A stretch of 64,000 nucleotides of DNA from Podarcis filfolensis (taxonomy: Eukaryota): the NCBI GenBank assembly GCA_964270895.1, contig OZ185443.1. One strand, written 5' to 3'. Made by a program: the position numbers and the translations under genes. The notes below the pieces were generated by a model. The model searched no databases and was not told where the DNA came from. It worked only from the letters and a program-made list of their open reading frames with translations. This document shows, piece by piece, positions 49,663 to 62,930 of this stretch; positions within the stretch are counted from its first letter, which is position 1, and each line of letters starts with the position of its first letter.

Positions 49663-51170
49663 TGTCAGGAGTCAGAATTAAGCGCAGGTCAGCAATAAAA
49701 AACATGGTGTCAGTGCAGTTAAGACTTTATTCAAAGAAACCAAAACAGTGCAGGCCTAGTGAGCCCAGCAACTCTTCCCTAGGCTTGGGCAATATATCAC
49801 CCAGGACCGATATGAGGGTAAGACTGTGATGGTGGTTTCACTCAGCGGTATATTGCTAGTGAAACCACCACAGTTCCTGAGTCCCTCTGCTACCAGCACA
49901 GCAAGGTAGCAGGCAGGACAGCTTGTTCCTCCCTCCTTTTCTTTAAACTGCTTGGCTGAGGAGCACGTGGCTGCCCTCACCTCAGCCAAGCAGTTTTATG
50001 GAGCCCCCAACCTGCCACCAGCTGGCACGAGCCAGTGGTGGGGTGGGGGCTCCGTTAAACTGCTCCCCAGCTGAGGAAGCATTCTTCTACTTGCACACAA
50101 GTAGGAGGATTAGGGATCTCAGGCTGATGTGTGCAAATAAGACCCTGTCATTCTAGCATGTGCATGCACCGGATGAACAGAGATTCTGCTTCATGCTGCC
50201 TGGCTGAAAGGGCCGTGCCAGCAAAGGCAAAGGGAGCCCTGATGACGGAGCCTGTCAGGTTCAGTCTCAGCACTCCTTCCATCTTCAGGCAAGGAAGGGG
50301 GAGAGCAAGCAGCCTCTTTCTCTGAGGAAAAGGAAGCCACTTCCCTCCCCCCCCCCCACTCCTTGCCAGCAAAGCTGAAGGAGCCCTGCAAACGGAGCCT
50401 GTCAGGCTGTGTTTGCAGGGCTCTCTCCATCTTGGGGAGTTGAGGGCTAGCTCAGCTGGGGGGTGGGAGCCTTCGTGTCGAGCAACGGGCTGGGGCCAGC
50501 TGCATTCACCCCAGCCTGCAAAGCCCTGGGGTAAAAGCACCTTAGTCCCTGCACAGTGAGAGCTGAAGCGGTTTCACCCAGGATCTCACAGGCTGGGGCC
50601 AACGCAGCCCTTTCAACATAGCGATATATCGCCAAACTGTGATGTTTGGCTGGTGATACACTGCAATGTTGAAAAACTAATACTGCCCAGCCCTAGACTT
50701 GCCCCAATCAAACAGCTATGAGGACTGAAGGTCCCCACCTTTCCACCACTTTCTAAGGCTCCACCTCTGCAGGGTCTTCCCCAAGCAGTCGCAAACTGTG
50801 TCTGCACAAAACCAATCTCCGTTCTTTTCATTTCTCTGCATGTTCTAGGATACTAGGGGAAGGGGAGCTGGTCACAAGAGGAGGGGTGTCTCCCTCAACT
50901 CTGCCTCTTGCCCAACCTCCTCTCCAGCCTCAGAGTCAGAACTTCTCTCTGCCACAGCCTCTTCCTGCTCACTAAACTCTGATTTGTGCTTCGAACACCA
51001 CCTCCCCCCAGTCTGCTCCTCCTCCTCCCTCGGACCATTCATTGTTGTCCCACCAACAATCCCCTGGCTCTGGGGGTTCCCCAGGTGGTGCCTCCCACCA
51101 CTTCTCTGCATCCAGCCAGTCCATGAGAGGGAGCTACTGGGGGAGGGGTGGGAAGCATCCCTTCCATGAA
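49663..51170 (-). mobile_element. Probable solo LTR interrupted by the 49780-50695 element
   Basis: Begins TGTCAGGA (reverse ...TCCTGACA), reverse AATAAA near 49726, pyrimidine-rich low-complexity body; far terminus degenerate and no TSD seen. Confidence 0.45.
49780..50695. mobile_element. hAT-like non-autonomous element, GC-rich with internal hairpins
   Basis: Termini TAGGCTTGGGCAATAT / AATACTGCCCAGCCCTA; TSD not clean. Confidence 0.6.
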
Positions 51171-51744
51171 CTAACTTATATTCAAATCCAAGACTAGTTT
51201 TGGATAACTCTTCCTCCTTCGGTAGGCCTCCCCACACACACATATACAAACTACTCATCCCACATTGTTCAAGAGAGTCCCCTGATTCTCCAGATAGACT
51301 TTGGTGGGTGCAGGTAGTCACAGAGATTAAGGGACAGGGAACTTCTGTGACCTTGGTGAAGTTAACTTACCTTAGGATCCAACCTCTGTGGAAAGATGTC
51401 TAGATTCCCTTGGCAAATTAGTAAACAACTGCCTGGTTATTATATGAAAATACAGTCATGTACAAGAGAATGGGAAAGAAGATATAGGGAAATGATCAGA
51501 GCTTAACTGTAGCTGATTGACAAGCTAACCAAATAAATAGTAAGTTAGAATAATTTGCATTTCCATAGAATATTCAAGTGCTCAAAGTACTCCATATGCA
51601 TAATGAGTTGTAGTCTCTACAACAACCTGTAAGCAACCTATTTTTAACTTCAAAGGACTATTATTTAACAAGCTTTTCCAACTAAGTAAAAATGAAAGCT
51701 GCTCAATTTTTTTTCTTTAAATGCATCCATTTGTCCTGTTTAAG

Positions 51745-51851
51745 GTTTCAGGTTCTGTATAACTATACTCCTAGGAACGAAGATGAATTGGAGCTCAGAG
51801 AGGGAGATGTCATTGATGTGATGGAAAAATGTGATGATGGATGGTTTGTGG
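51745..51851 (+). CDS. SORBS2: SH3-3 [36 protein letters not shown] (phase 2-1)
   Basis: gtttaag|GTTT ... GTGG|gtatgt; 107 nt. Confidence 0.97.
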
Positions 51852-53064
51852 GTATGTTAATTTTAAATTTAGTAGTGCTCTAGGATATATGTGCTACCTC
51901 AGAGATTGCATAGCAGGATACTCTCAGTACTTTGTGGTTGGCAAATCAGACTTCATGAGATACCTGCAGTGACACTAAACCTGTTAGAATCTTTTCAAAA
52001 ACCTTTGGTATGAATTGTATCACACTGTTTAGAAAGAATGTGGCAAGCATTAATTCCTTCACACACACAATGCATATAATCCCCTTACCCAGAGTTCTGC
52101 AGATGCTGTAAAGCACGCATGGAGCTTGCACAAAGGGCCAGCTCCAAAAAATGTTTTGAGCTTCCCAAATCCCATAACCATTTGTATCTGAGTCACTGAT
52201 AATGCAGCAGTATGCCAACCAGTGTAGGGTGTTTGGGCTCTTGCATCCCAAGCATGAGCTGTTGACTGGCAAGGTTTACAGATGACCACTATATGAGACC
52301 TAGCCAAGTCAGAGGCAGTGTGTATTCATCTTCCTGCTTCTAACTGGCGGGATTGCTTGCTTGACATGAGAGCACACCCTCAGAATTCTCTTGCACCACT
52401 GAGATTGCAATATTCAGAGCTCAGTGGCTCCCTCCATTTACACCTCAGCAAATGCCTGGCATCGACACATGCTAAGCATTGGTCATAGAAGGCTTCCCCA
52501 TTAACTTTGATGGAACAAGCATTTGAGTAACACTTGTTCCCTGTTAAGAAAGCACTGTCCAACAAAACTGAATATAGGACTTGGGAAGAACCATGGATGA
52601 TATCAGGTTTCTTCGAAGTTTCAACTGCATCTACCTGTACTGCTGAAGAGGCAAGCTGCATTTTAAAAACATCTTGCCTCCTCATCAATGTGAGCTGCTG
52701 TAATTAAAACTTCCAAGAGTTCTACGTTTTTCCTGTTCTGCACCTGCAGCTTAGGTGTAGGAAACTTTGACTCTCCAGATATTGCTGAACTACTGCTCCC
52801 ATTATCTCTCACCACTAGCAATGCTGGCTGGGGTTGAAGGGAATTGTAGCTCAGTGACACCTGGAGGGCTAAAGGTTCTCCAAACCTACCATGGCTTTAT
52901 TGAATGTGATATTTAATTCCCTTTTGCAATGTATTATTCCATGTTTTCCAAATTACATAGCTGAATATACTAATGAAGGATGCTAAAATGAAACGTAACT
53001 ATCTTCTCTAGAGAACAATATGTTACCACTACTGCCATGTTTCACTTATTACTTCTACTTTCAG

Positions 53065-53126
53065 GAACCTCCAGAAGAACAAAATTCTTTGGTACTTTCC
53101 CTGGAAACTATGTCAAGAGGCTGTGA
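53065..53126 (+). CDS. SORBS2: Terminal coding exon [20 protein letters not shown]
   Basis: ctttcag|GAACC ... CTG TGA; stop at 53124-53126. Confidence 0.97.
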
Positions 53127-55475
53127 AATGTTGCTTATTTTTTTCCTACTTATTTATGCTGCATTTCTGCAACACATCTGCATATAAAGCTGCTAGAAAA
53201 CATGCTCCACCAGTCTTCTGTTATGCTGCTTTGCAATTCCAGGTAGAAGTCATCTAGTTCATCCTCACCATTCCCATCCTCATCCGCCAGCCAGCAGTAT
53301 TACCGTTAACAGCTACAATGGGATAACTCAGCTTTTATGAAACAAGAGGAATTAGTTCAACCTTTAGTACATCTTTTTCTGTGTGCATTAAATATTTGCC
53401 TGCCCCTACCAATCTGAAATATGCCAAGAAGAAAAAGCTTAATGGAAGGTACTTTGTGACACTCCAAGTGGTTATCCATATCATTTGAGGTAAATTGCAG
53501 TACTGTCCTTAAGAAAAATGTTTTATCTTCTTTCACCTCATATATAGAACAGGTTGTGGCTTACTACTTTTCAACCATTGTTTTGAGTTTTCACATTCTT
53601 TTTAAGCTCAGCAGCATATGTTGCTTTTACGTTGCTGTGTCACACATTTGCCTGTTTTTAACTCATTTGCAATATAGAATAATCACTCAGACATATAGCT
53701 TCCATGGCCTTGTATGTTGCAACATATGCAGAGTGGTTATAAAATTTTGAGCAGGAATAATTCAAAAGGGGAATTGCTCTTAATAGTTGACAAGCCATGA
53801 CTTCTGGTTGGATCTCAAAGATTTCATGAAGCTTGAGTGAACGGAGGTCATACATTGGTTAAATCCCCCGTTTCCACAGCTAAGAGCAGCTTCATGCATG
53901 AAGCTATTTGCAAATACAGTAAGCACAACTTGCACTTCCTGTACACATTAATGTCCGGGAGGGCATGCAGATGTTCCTAAAGCAGTGTTCTCTCTCCATA
54001 GAGAAAATATGTGAGTCATACATTAATGATGTGCACAAAGACAGGAAGCAGATGAAATGCATCTTCTGTATTTGCATATGTTAATGCCCTAAGTCAGGAG
54101 AGAAGTATGCATGTCTTTGCAAGAAGAAGTAGATCTTCCTATTGCAAGTGCAGCATACACCTCTGTCTCTCTCTACAGGGAAAATGTTCAAAGGCCCCAC
54201 TTCCAACATCAGCGATATGGGCAAACTTATCCCAAAGGAATCCATGTTTACTGCTTAATATTAAAGAAGTGTACAAAACAAAACAAAAATACTGGGAAAC
54301 AATTAAGCAAACCAATAATGAAATTGTTGATGTCATATGCTTCTCTACTACATCAAAAATACCAAGTTCAACAGAATATCTGAAAGTCTAGTACAGTATT
54401 CAACATTCATTTATCATACAAAGTTTCTGCAACAAAAAAACCAATATCCAGTGCACAATTTTACTGCAACACCGAGTTGGGGGAATTCTGCAGAAAGTAT
54501 CACACAATGCTTTTATTTTTTTTCCTACGTATGTATACACATACATTTATAAACCTGAACAATAATTTCTTCCTGGCCCTCCAGCATTAAAAGAAAGAAA
54601 CAGAAAGGCACAAAAATGAACACAGGTACATGTGAGTGGATGTAATGAAATAGTATCAAATATTTGAATATAGTATTTGTTTTCCTTATGCAAAGAGAGG
54701 CATCAATAGTGTATGAGGGAAAACACATGATTTCCCGCATCTATGGCTTTATGTAAGAGTCCAGATTTGGTTTTGCTGGCACCATATAGAAGGCAAAAAC
54801 AAAACAAAACCCTTTTCTGGGTAAAGGACAGATCTTCTCACAAATATTTGTAGTCTTGTAGCATTTTGTACATATGTTTGGGTTTTTTGTACAGAGCCAT
54901 TTTATTGTTGGGGGGGGTTTTTTGAAGAAGAAGAAAACCTACCCCCTTCCACTAATAAATATCAACATTTCCTCGTCTTCTTTACCCCATCCTCCTCCCA
55001 ATGTATAAGCACATTTGGATAGTGCAATTCTGTAAAATAGCATTTGCTGCAAAAGTTTTATGAAGTATAATATGGTTTTACCAGCCAAATCTTTAAAAAT
55101 GTACATATGTCTTTATTATGGAGAAATGTCAGTAAGACAGACAATAAATCATATTTGTGCAGCATACCTTTATTACTGCAAATTTCATGGCAAAAGCTTT
55201 ATATTTCAAAGGCTTTCCATTATAAACTAGATGTGCATGCAGCTTTGCTGTGAAATCAATACCTATCTTTGATGCCATTTATGATGGAAGACTTAAATGT
55301 CTGTTGCCTGTGATATTTTAAAAAAGCACTGTTTCTATTCTCTATCTGATTTTAATAGAACATTTTTCATACCTGGCTTTCAGGTAATTGACTTTGAATT
55401 ATTACATGCAAAGGGTCTCTGTGTTTTTCCCCTTGAATAGACTTCTAATAAAATTTGCTTGGAGTACACTGGTAT
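53127..55475 (+). other. SORBS2: Probable SORBS2 3'UTR
   Basis: AT-rich stretch with no recognisable repeats after the stop; AATAAA at 54954, 55143 and 55447; exact 3' end is inferred. Confidence 0.7.
55447..55452 (+). terminator. Likely distal poly(A) signal AATAAA
   Basis: AATAAA followed ~20 nt later by GT/T-rich ggtatgcctttttg. Confidence 0.6.
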
Positions 55476-55612
55476 GCCTTTTTGATTAGCATCCTTACTG
55501 GAAAGCATCACACATTTAAGTTGAATATGCTGGAATTAAAATCCTGAACAGCAAGGTTCATTATCCTATAAACAACAGAGGCACCAGAGAAAGCAATGAC
55601 ACAGTGCCTTTT

Positions 55613-55638
55613 CTGCTGCTGCTGCTGCTGCTGCTGCT
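55613..55638. repeat. (CTG)n tract, ~8 units
   Basis: Seen directly. Confidence 0.92.
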
Positions 55639-55699
55639 TCTACAACAAATAGGATATCATTTTCCCAGTGTGGTTCCTCTTTATCACATAAGCAGGACA

Positions 55700-56030
55700 A
55701 TGGCCTATATCCACCAACAGCATACAAATAAATATGCCTAACTTGACCCAAAAACCTACCCCACCACACAAACATACAAACAAGCCACACTGCAACCAAC
55801 GGAACGCAACCAACCGAATTCTGAACCCTCCAACCTCTCACAATGGCAATATCAAAACAAAGGACCAATCCACGTGTCACACTAGGCAACAGAATGAAAG
55901 AACGACACCCCCATCTTTCTCCTTTCCTCTTTCTCCCCTTCTCATTTCCCCCAACTATAATTTTCTCTGTTTATTTGCCTGTTTTGTAACACAAGAAAAA
56001 CTTTAATTAAAAACTAATTTTAAAAAATAG
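55700..56030 (+). mobile_element. L1-type 3' end fragment
   Basis: CCACCAACAGCATAC...TGCCTAACTTGACCC shared with the other two copies; A-rich tail. Confidence 0.55.
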
Positions 56031-56977
56031 GATATCATGACCCCAGGCAATGATGTAATCTGGGGAAATAAAGAGACTGTAATAATATAGGCATTATGCT
56101 GAAGCTAAGCACAGCACACATGCACAGCTAGCAGGAAAATGGTCACACTTTATGGCTGATCTGTGTGTTCAGGAAAAACAAAGTATAGTTCTTATACCAC
56201 ACATCAGTCTACAAAGCTCAGAGTATTTTAAATGCAAAGAAAGAAACCTCACAGCAAACATTTCATCCATTTTTATCAGGAATAATCACAGAGAGAAAAA
56301 TGGGTGGAGATAGTATATGGCATCATTGTGTCATACAAAAGTGTTGAATGGCAAATGCTGATGATAGCCATACTGTATGCAGCAATTGTTTCCCATCCAT
56401 TAAACATGACTCATCTTCAAGCATGGGGAATAAGAAAGGGAGTAATAATAAACAACAAAGTGTTAAGCTGCTCTACAAATACAGTATATTTTCTTGACCA
56501 TAGAATCCTGGACTCTGAAGCACTGCAGCAAATCTGTGTCCCACATTTTAATATTGGCATGTCCCAACAGCCCTGCATAGCATTCAAAGGAGCATAATGA
56601 TTACTTTGCTAAAGGGTTTATTCCTAAAATGACCACTCCACAATAATTAATTTTGTGCACAGAGTGCTACTGTCTGGCTTTTAAAGTGCTAGAAGGTCCC
56701 TGTAGAAAGTGGAGCTTTAAGTCAGGCCTGCCCACCTGTCAAAATAGTCCTCCACCACTCTAGCCTCTTCTTAATTCTTTTGCACATTTTCTGACTTTCC
56801 CTATGCTAATCTGTCACAAACAATAGTAGAAATTAACCGCTTCATTATCACCTCTTACCTGCAGAGCAAGTAAGGTTTGCCAATTACTCTGATGCATCAG
56901 CTGGTTTCCTAATTGTTGCTCCTTTAAAAAAGGTCCTGGAGCTGTGCTCCCCTCCATTCTCCCTCCACTATACAGTC

Positions 56978-57236
56978 TGTGTTAGTTAGAGCATGGTGCT
57001 ATTAACACCAAGGTTGCAGGTTAAAGTAAAGTGAATAATTTAAATCCTGGAAATGGCTAGATTCTAAATAAAAAAATTCTTCAGGACTCTTAAGTATGAT
57101 GGCATACAAGGTACAACATTTGATACCTTGATTGTGATGCTGATAAGGGTTTAATCCCCATACAGAAGAGCTGCATTGCAGGGGGCTGCACTAGATGAGC
57201 TTTGGGGATCACTTCCAACTCTGTAATTCTATGATT
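56978..57236 (+). mobile_element. tRNA-head/CR1-tail SINE interrupted by ~130 bp
   Basis: Head AGAGCATGGTGCT...AAGGTTGCAGGTT; tail CTTCCAACTCTGTAATTCTATGATT. Confidence 0.6.
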
Positions 57237-58899
57237 AAATTATTTTACTTGGTTTAAAAATCTAATTTTTATTTGACCCCTCAGCTTTTGTTACATCCCA
57301 AGCACTGCCTGCAAATAAATACGGTTTAGTTATTTGGTGGGAAATCAGTTATTATGGTGTAAGTATTACAATTTAAGCAATAGTGTGGGAAGATGTCAAG
57401 GTAAGCAAAGCCTGTATCTCAGCAATGACAATTTAAAAACAATCTGATATTTCACAAAAGAGTGGAGGAAAGCACCAGCTGGAGCATTATGCTGTCCTTG
57501 TTTGTATGTTTTATCCTTCATTCCACAATCTAGACCCTATCTTACTTTATCTAGAAATAATTTTTAAATTCATGTATTGTGCCTACACTCCACACATTTA
57601 AAGCACCTCATTTGCCCCGAAGAATCCTCATAACTGTAGTTTGCTACAGGTGCTGGGAATTGTAGCTCTGTGAGGGGTAAGCTCTAGCTCCCAGGATCCT
57701 CTGAGACAAATAATGTGTTCAAAGTTTGCATTGTTCTCTCCTCCACCTGCAATATGTTCCTTACTAACAACCTTGTGAGGTAGGTTAAGCATGGGGAAAG
57801 TGACTACGCCAAGGTCAGCCAGTGAATTTCATGAATGGATGAGGAATCTGAACTTCAGTCTACCTAATCGCAATCTAACACATTAACCATTATACTACAC
57901 TGGCTTCAACAAAGGGAAGGAACTGCAGAGAAATCAGACCAGCCAAGAATACATCAATAGGCCAAAGAAATTGGAGTAATAACTCCTTATACTGCATAAC
58001 CTTTTCTGGCCAGGTTTGTACAGTAATCTCTGCAAATCAGAGACACATCCTTGTTGGCTATAGATTCCTCCAGTAACCCTCAACAGCCTGGCAGTGTGGT
58101 TTGACCTAAAGTAATCCTCTCCATTCACTACACAAAAGTTGGTGGGAAGTTTCTACAGTTCTTATATAATGCAGTGGGAATTCTTTAATGCCTGCAATGG
58201 ATTAACAGGAACATGGGGTGCACATTTAAAAAACAAAATGATCTGTCACCAAACATGAAATAGCACAGAGCTATCTGAAGAAGCATTAAGTAAGCATCTT
58301 TCCAAAGGGTTTTAGGTCACTGCTATTTTTATTCCCTTGGAAGAGCTGCAGGTATGTTAGTGGGGTAGCCTTGAAACTGGCAGAGTTGTGACAACGGAAA
58401 AAATATAAGCGTTTAGCTACTGAACTGTCCTTCAGACAATGCCTTATTCTTAAATGTGCAAGGCAAAATGTGTTCATTTGGCTATACCCCCGAAAAAATC
58501 AGTTCAAATTCCTTTGTACACTTAAAGCTCATGAAATACTAAGTCTGTTTCAAGTTCCTGCCAAAGTGACAGTCAGCTACATGTGGTTTAAATACATTCA
58601 AAGTAACACTAAAATGCTGCAAAGGCTCTCAAAGTGAGAACCAGTTCAAATTTATTCTTGTATTCTTATAATAATATAGCTATAAAACTTGTGACAAGCT
58701 CATCATCTAATATGAACAAATTAAGTGGACAAAAGGAACTAAGATGCAAAACACTCCTCTTACAGGGAAGCTCTGTACAATTGCCTTAAGGAAAAGTCAC
58801 CTCTCAAAATGATAATTTAGAGCCAGAAAAAGCCAACCAAAAGAATCAAATCACATATACAGAAAGAAGCTTTTTGATTTTGGAAAAAGGCAAGAAAGG

Positions 58900-59365
58900 G
58901 GAGGGCATGACAGAGGTGTACAAAACTATGCTTCGAGTGCAGAAAGCGGATACAGTGAAGTTTTGCCTTCCTCTCTCCAATGTCATCTAACAAAGATGAA
59001 TGTTAGAAGACTCAGGCCAGATAAAAGGAAGTACTTCTTCACTCAGTGCATAGTTAATAGTATGGAATTCACCTTCAGAAAATGTAGTGGTCACCAACTC
59101 GGGTGGCTTTAAAAGGAGCTTTGACAGATTCATGGAGGATAAATCTATCAGTGACTACTAGTCATGATGGCTGCGTACTACTTCCAGTATCAAATGCATT
59201 ACACCTGAACACCAGTTGCTGGGGAACACAAGTGGGGAGAGTGCTGTTGAACTCGTGTCCTGTTTGTGGGCTCCACACCGACACTGGTTGGCCACTGTGA
59301 GAACAGGATGCGGGACTAGATATGTCCTTGGTTTGAGCCAACAAAGCTATTCTTTATGTTCTTAG
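58900..59365 (+). mobile_element. CR1-clade LINE 3' end; shorter pieces at 35925-36035 and 48885-49005
   Basis: AAGTACTTCTTCACTCAGTGCATAGTTAA...GGCTTTAAAAGGAG...TTTATGTTCTTA. Confidence 0.75.
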
Positions 59366-59809
59366 GGATTTTTTTTCACAGCTGCCATAAATTTTTATCT
59401 GTTTAAAATCAAACTCAAGTGGCTTTTGGAATACTCTTAAACCAGTTTAAATCAACAGATAAGCAGATGGTTAATGAGGTAAACATGGGTCATCTGGAGG
59501 CAATTACCCCAAAGCTGTAATTTGGCCTGTAAGCCACTAGCTGCTGTCCACTGGCACAATGCACAACCACATTATTGGCAACCTCTTATTTCCACCAAGA
59601 GAGAAAGATTGTAATATATTTGGAGGTGTGCATAATTATTTTCAAACATGTGATTCGCCACCCTTCCACAATCCACAAATACATACAAAATGAAAACACT
59701 GCACCGTGTCAAACAATAAAATCTAAACTGCAGATAAAAGCAGTAAAGTGTAAAAGGTGCAGTTGTTAAAAATGGTTAAAAAGCTCTAGAAAACAAGATA
59801 AAAAGAGTT

Positions 59810-60135
59810 TTGCCTGGTGCCTACCAAAAGAATGTTTTTCCCACTCCCTAATCACTTCAAATGGCAGGGGCACTCAGATAAAAGCCTCTGATTTTGATCT
59901 TTGTGTACAGGCAAGCTAACGTAATTCTTCAGGTATCCAGACATCAATCCATTTGGGGCTTTAAATGCAAGCACCAGCATTTGAATTGTTCTTGGAAACA
60001 TACCAGGAGTCAGCACAGTTGTTTTGGGCATTGGAAAAGCACAGGCTAATAGCTGTATTTTGTATTAACTACAGTTTCTGAATAGTCTACAAGGGCAGCC
60101 CTGCATACAACACATTACAAAAGCCAGCTCTACCA
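59810..60135 (-). mobile_element. L2 LINE remnant
   Basis: GGGGCTTTAAATGCAAGCACCAGCATTTGAATTG...AAGGGCAGCCCTGCATAC. Confidence 0.55.
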
Positions 60136-60789
60136 TTAGGCAGATTGAGACAGACATCATTAGGTCAAGTGCTGAGGGTCTGGGAATGACAGAGCTGTGT
60201 GTGCCCCACACAGCCTGCTCGGTGCCACCAAAGCTAGCCTGTTGTATTCAGGTACAATGGAGGATGTTGTCTCATTGCTAGTGCCAAAAAAAAATTGATT
60301 ACCAGTCTGGCTGGCTTTTCTACATGAAATACGGTGAGGCACCACCATCTTGCGCTTCTCCTGAGTCAGCAAAATGTCTTTGGTCACTCCTGCATTGCAG
60401 CAGTGAAATCTGGTTGCATGGTTGACAGCCTTCCTCAACCTCAGGTCCCCACATGCTGTTGCACTACAGCCCCATCGTCTCTCATCATCTGCCGTGCTGG
60501 CTGTGGATAACAGGAGCTGTAGTCCAACTGGAGACCCAAGTCTAGGAAAGGCTGCTCTACTGACAGCACTCTTATCTCACTTTTGTTGTTGTTGTTGTTG
60601 TAGTAGGGGTGGAGAGTGTCTTCAAAAGGATGACACTTTGCACTAACAAGATACTGTCAGCGCAACAGAAAGCAGTTGCCCATCTTTGCCACTGTATCAG
60701 GAAAGGGGGGAGCTATGTTGAAGCTCTATTTGAGGTATTCACTGGGGGGAAATGGATATCCATTTCAATTATACTATCTCAAGCTAAAC

Positions 60790-61300
60790 ACAAGTGTCAC
60801 TACTTAATGCTACCATTTAAGCTAACTCACCTTCAGAGAAATACACACAGCTTCCTGGTGTGGCTCCCCTTCATTACATACACAACCCTACAAAACAACA
60901 AGAACCCACCGACAGCATACCCATCAATATGGCTAACTTAACCCAACAACCCTCTGCTTCACACACACAAACAAAACACACTGCAGTCAACTGAAGGCCC
61001 TCCAACCTCTTTTACCACCAATGAAAACTAATAAATTAATAGAAAGAGAACCTACTCATGTGACGCTGACATAAAAACCTTGCACATACGCTATGTAAAA
61101 GGAAGTTCACTACCCCCCTTCTCTTTCCCCCCTCACTCCCCACCTCTCTTCTCTCCCAACCTAATACTGTCTGTAACATTAGTGTCTCACATTGAATATA
61201 ACTGATCTGTATAAAGGATTATATGAACAGAAAGCAGAGACACTGTATGTACTTTCCTAACCCAATAAAATCTTTAATAAAAACAATTTTTTTAAAAAAA
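60790..61300 (+). mobile_element. L1-type 3' end with poly(A) signal and A tail
   Basis: VWLPFITYTT...PPTAYPSIWLT*, then AATAAA twice and an A-rich tail near 61264-61300. Confidence 0.6.
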
Positions 61301-61568
61301 GAAACCTATACAGCTTTTGAGAGTTCACCAAGCATTGCTGTCATGTTTTCAGTCTTCTCACTCTATCTTTAAAGCCTACAAAACTCTATCCTTAAAGACA
61401 ATAAAACTCACTTTATATCAGTGCAGAAGAAATAAGATAAAGATTTGCTGGTGGTTAATTGTGTTTGGAAATGATAGTGTTTCCTACTCTGAGTCTTCAA
61501 GAATGAGGTGGGGTAAAAGGTCTAAATACATAAATAAAATACTTTTACAAAATGCAATTGCTGAATCT

Positions 61569-61571
<3 letters not shown>

Positions 61572-61606
<35 letters not shown>
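61572..61606. repeat. (TG)n microsatellite
   Basis: Seen directly. Confidence 0.95.
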
Positions 61607-61607
<1 letters not shown>

Positions 61608-62120
61608 TGCCCGCCCACCCTACATGTCATGCAAAATGTTTGAATCCAATAAGAAACTCAAGGAGAGAAAATGAAACTGCAGTGCCAAAGGACATAGGCA
61701 GCTCCAGGAAAGGGCTATTTATGCTCTGCAGTTCTGCACAACTTAGCTCTGTAGCAAGCGCTGATTCCGGGATCTTGTGTACAATGTGGAATTCTGGGAA
61801 TGTAGTCTGTGATAATCCATGGTTGGGTGATGTCATATCTAATCTAGGTTCTGGTACACAGAGGTTTCCCCTGGAGCAAAATAGCATTCACTTGCTGAGT
61901 GGCACTGCAGAACTGCTCCTGAGTGACAACGTGGAACGTGTTAAGTTTCTTTTTTGCTCTGCACACTTCGCTGGTCAGCTCAGCAGTACATTTTGTCCCA
62001 GAATAGTTACATGGTGACACAGATGCCAACTATTGGTTCCTTTTCTGGACTCCCAAAAATCCTCTCTTTAAAAAAAAGGGGAAAAAAAGAACTACAACAA
62101 GAGAGCTGTTGTGATTGTAG

Positions 62121-62350
62121 TACAGTGGTACCTTGGGTTACATACGCTTCAGGTTACAGACTCCGCTAACCCAGAAATAGTACCTCAGGTTAAGAACTTT
62201 GGTTCAGGATGAGAACAGAAATCGGGCTCCAGCAGCATGGCGACAGCAGGAGGCCCCATTAGCTAAAGTGGTGCTTCAGGTTAAGAACAGTTTCAGGTTA
62301 AGAACAGACCTCCGGAACGAATTAAGTACTTAACCCAAGGTACCGCTGTA
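62121..62350. mobile_element. Tigger/pogo-like MITE
   Basis: TA|CAGTGGTACCTTGGGTTA ... TAACCCAAGGTACCGCTG|TA. Confidence 0.88.
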
Positions 62351-62619
62351 GTTATGAGACTGAGGTACAAACCAGTAAAGGTCTGCTTTGAATCTCTGTC
62401 ATAAAATCACTAAGTGGTTTAAGTAAAGCAAACCCAATCCTCACCCGTTGTCTCCCATCTTAAATAGGGGGCTAATAATACTGACCAGCTTTACAGGATT
62501 GGGGAAATACAAGACAATCCAAGGATATATCTTCAAACATTTTAGGATAATTCTTAGGGGAAAACCATAACTGTTGAAAGGAATATAATACTGCTTTAAA
62601 TATATAGTGCCGATAAGGT

Positions 62620-62930
62620 CTTTGAAAAGGGCTATCACATAATAGTCCAAATGTATTTTCTTCTGCTCCAGCAGATACAACCCAAACCAATGGATTCAAA
62701 TCACAAGAATAAAGATTTAGACTAAACTTTAGAAATAACTTACTGATGAGGTGTGAACTGTTTGACATTGGAACAGACTGACTCAGAAGGTGGAGGACTC
62801 TCCATTAGAGGAGTTTAAGCAGTAGCTTGGGAGCCACCTCTCAGGCATGCTGTAGTGGTAGGTTTGTTGAACTGTCAGGGGATCGGACTAAATGACCTTC
62901 ACTGACCCAAATCCAGGATTCTATGATCTG
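62620..62930 (+). mobile_element. CR1 LINE 3' end
   Basis: AATGGATTCAAATCACAAG...GGTGGAGGACTCTCC...GGACTAAATGACCTTC...ATTCTATGAT. Confidence 0.7.

Larger units (their letters stand above)
6092..55452 (+). other. SORBS2: SORBS2/ArgBP2 gene span, 3' portion (5' end outside window)
   Basis: Chain of GT-AG exons in continuous phase encoding SoHo motifs ([15 protein letters not shown]; [31 protein letters not shown]) and three SH3 domains ending [20 protein letters not shown], which matches SORBS2 rather than SORBS1/3 as recalled. Confidence 0.97.

Noticed and set aside
50872-51321. 149-aa acidic minus-strand ORF
   Set aside because: Low-complexity purine-rich repeat (probable LTR) sequence with no domain or splice support
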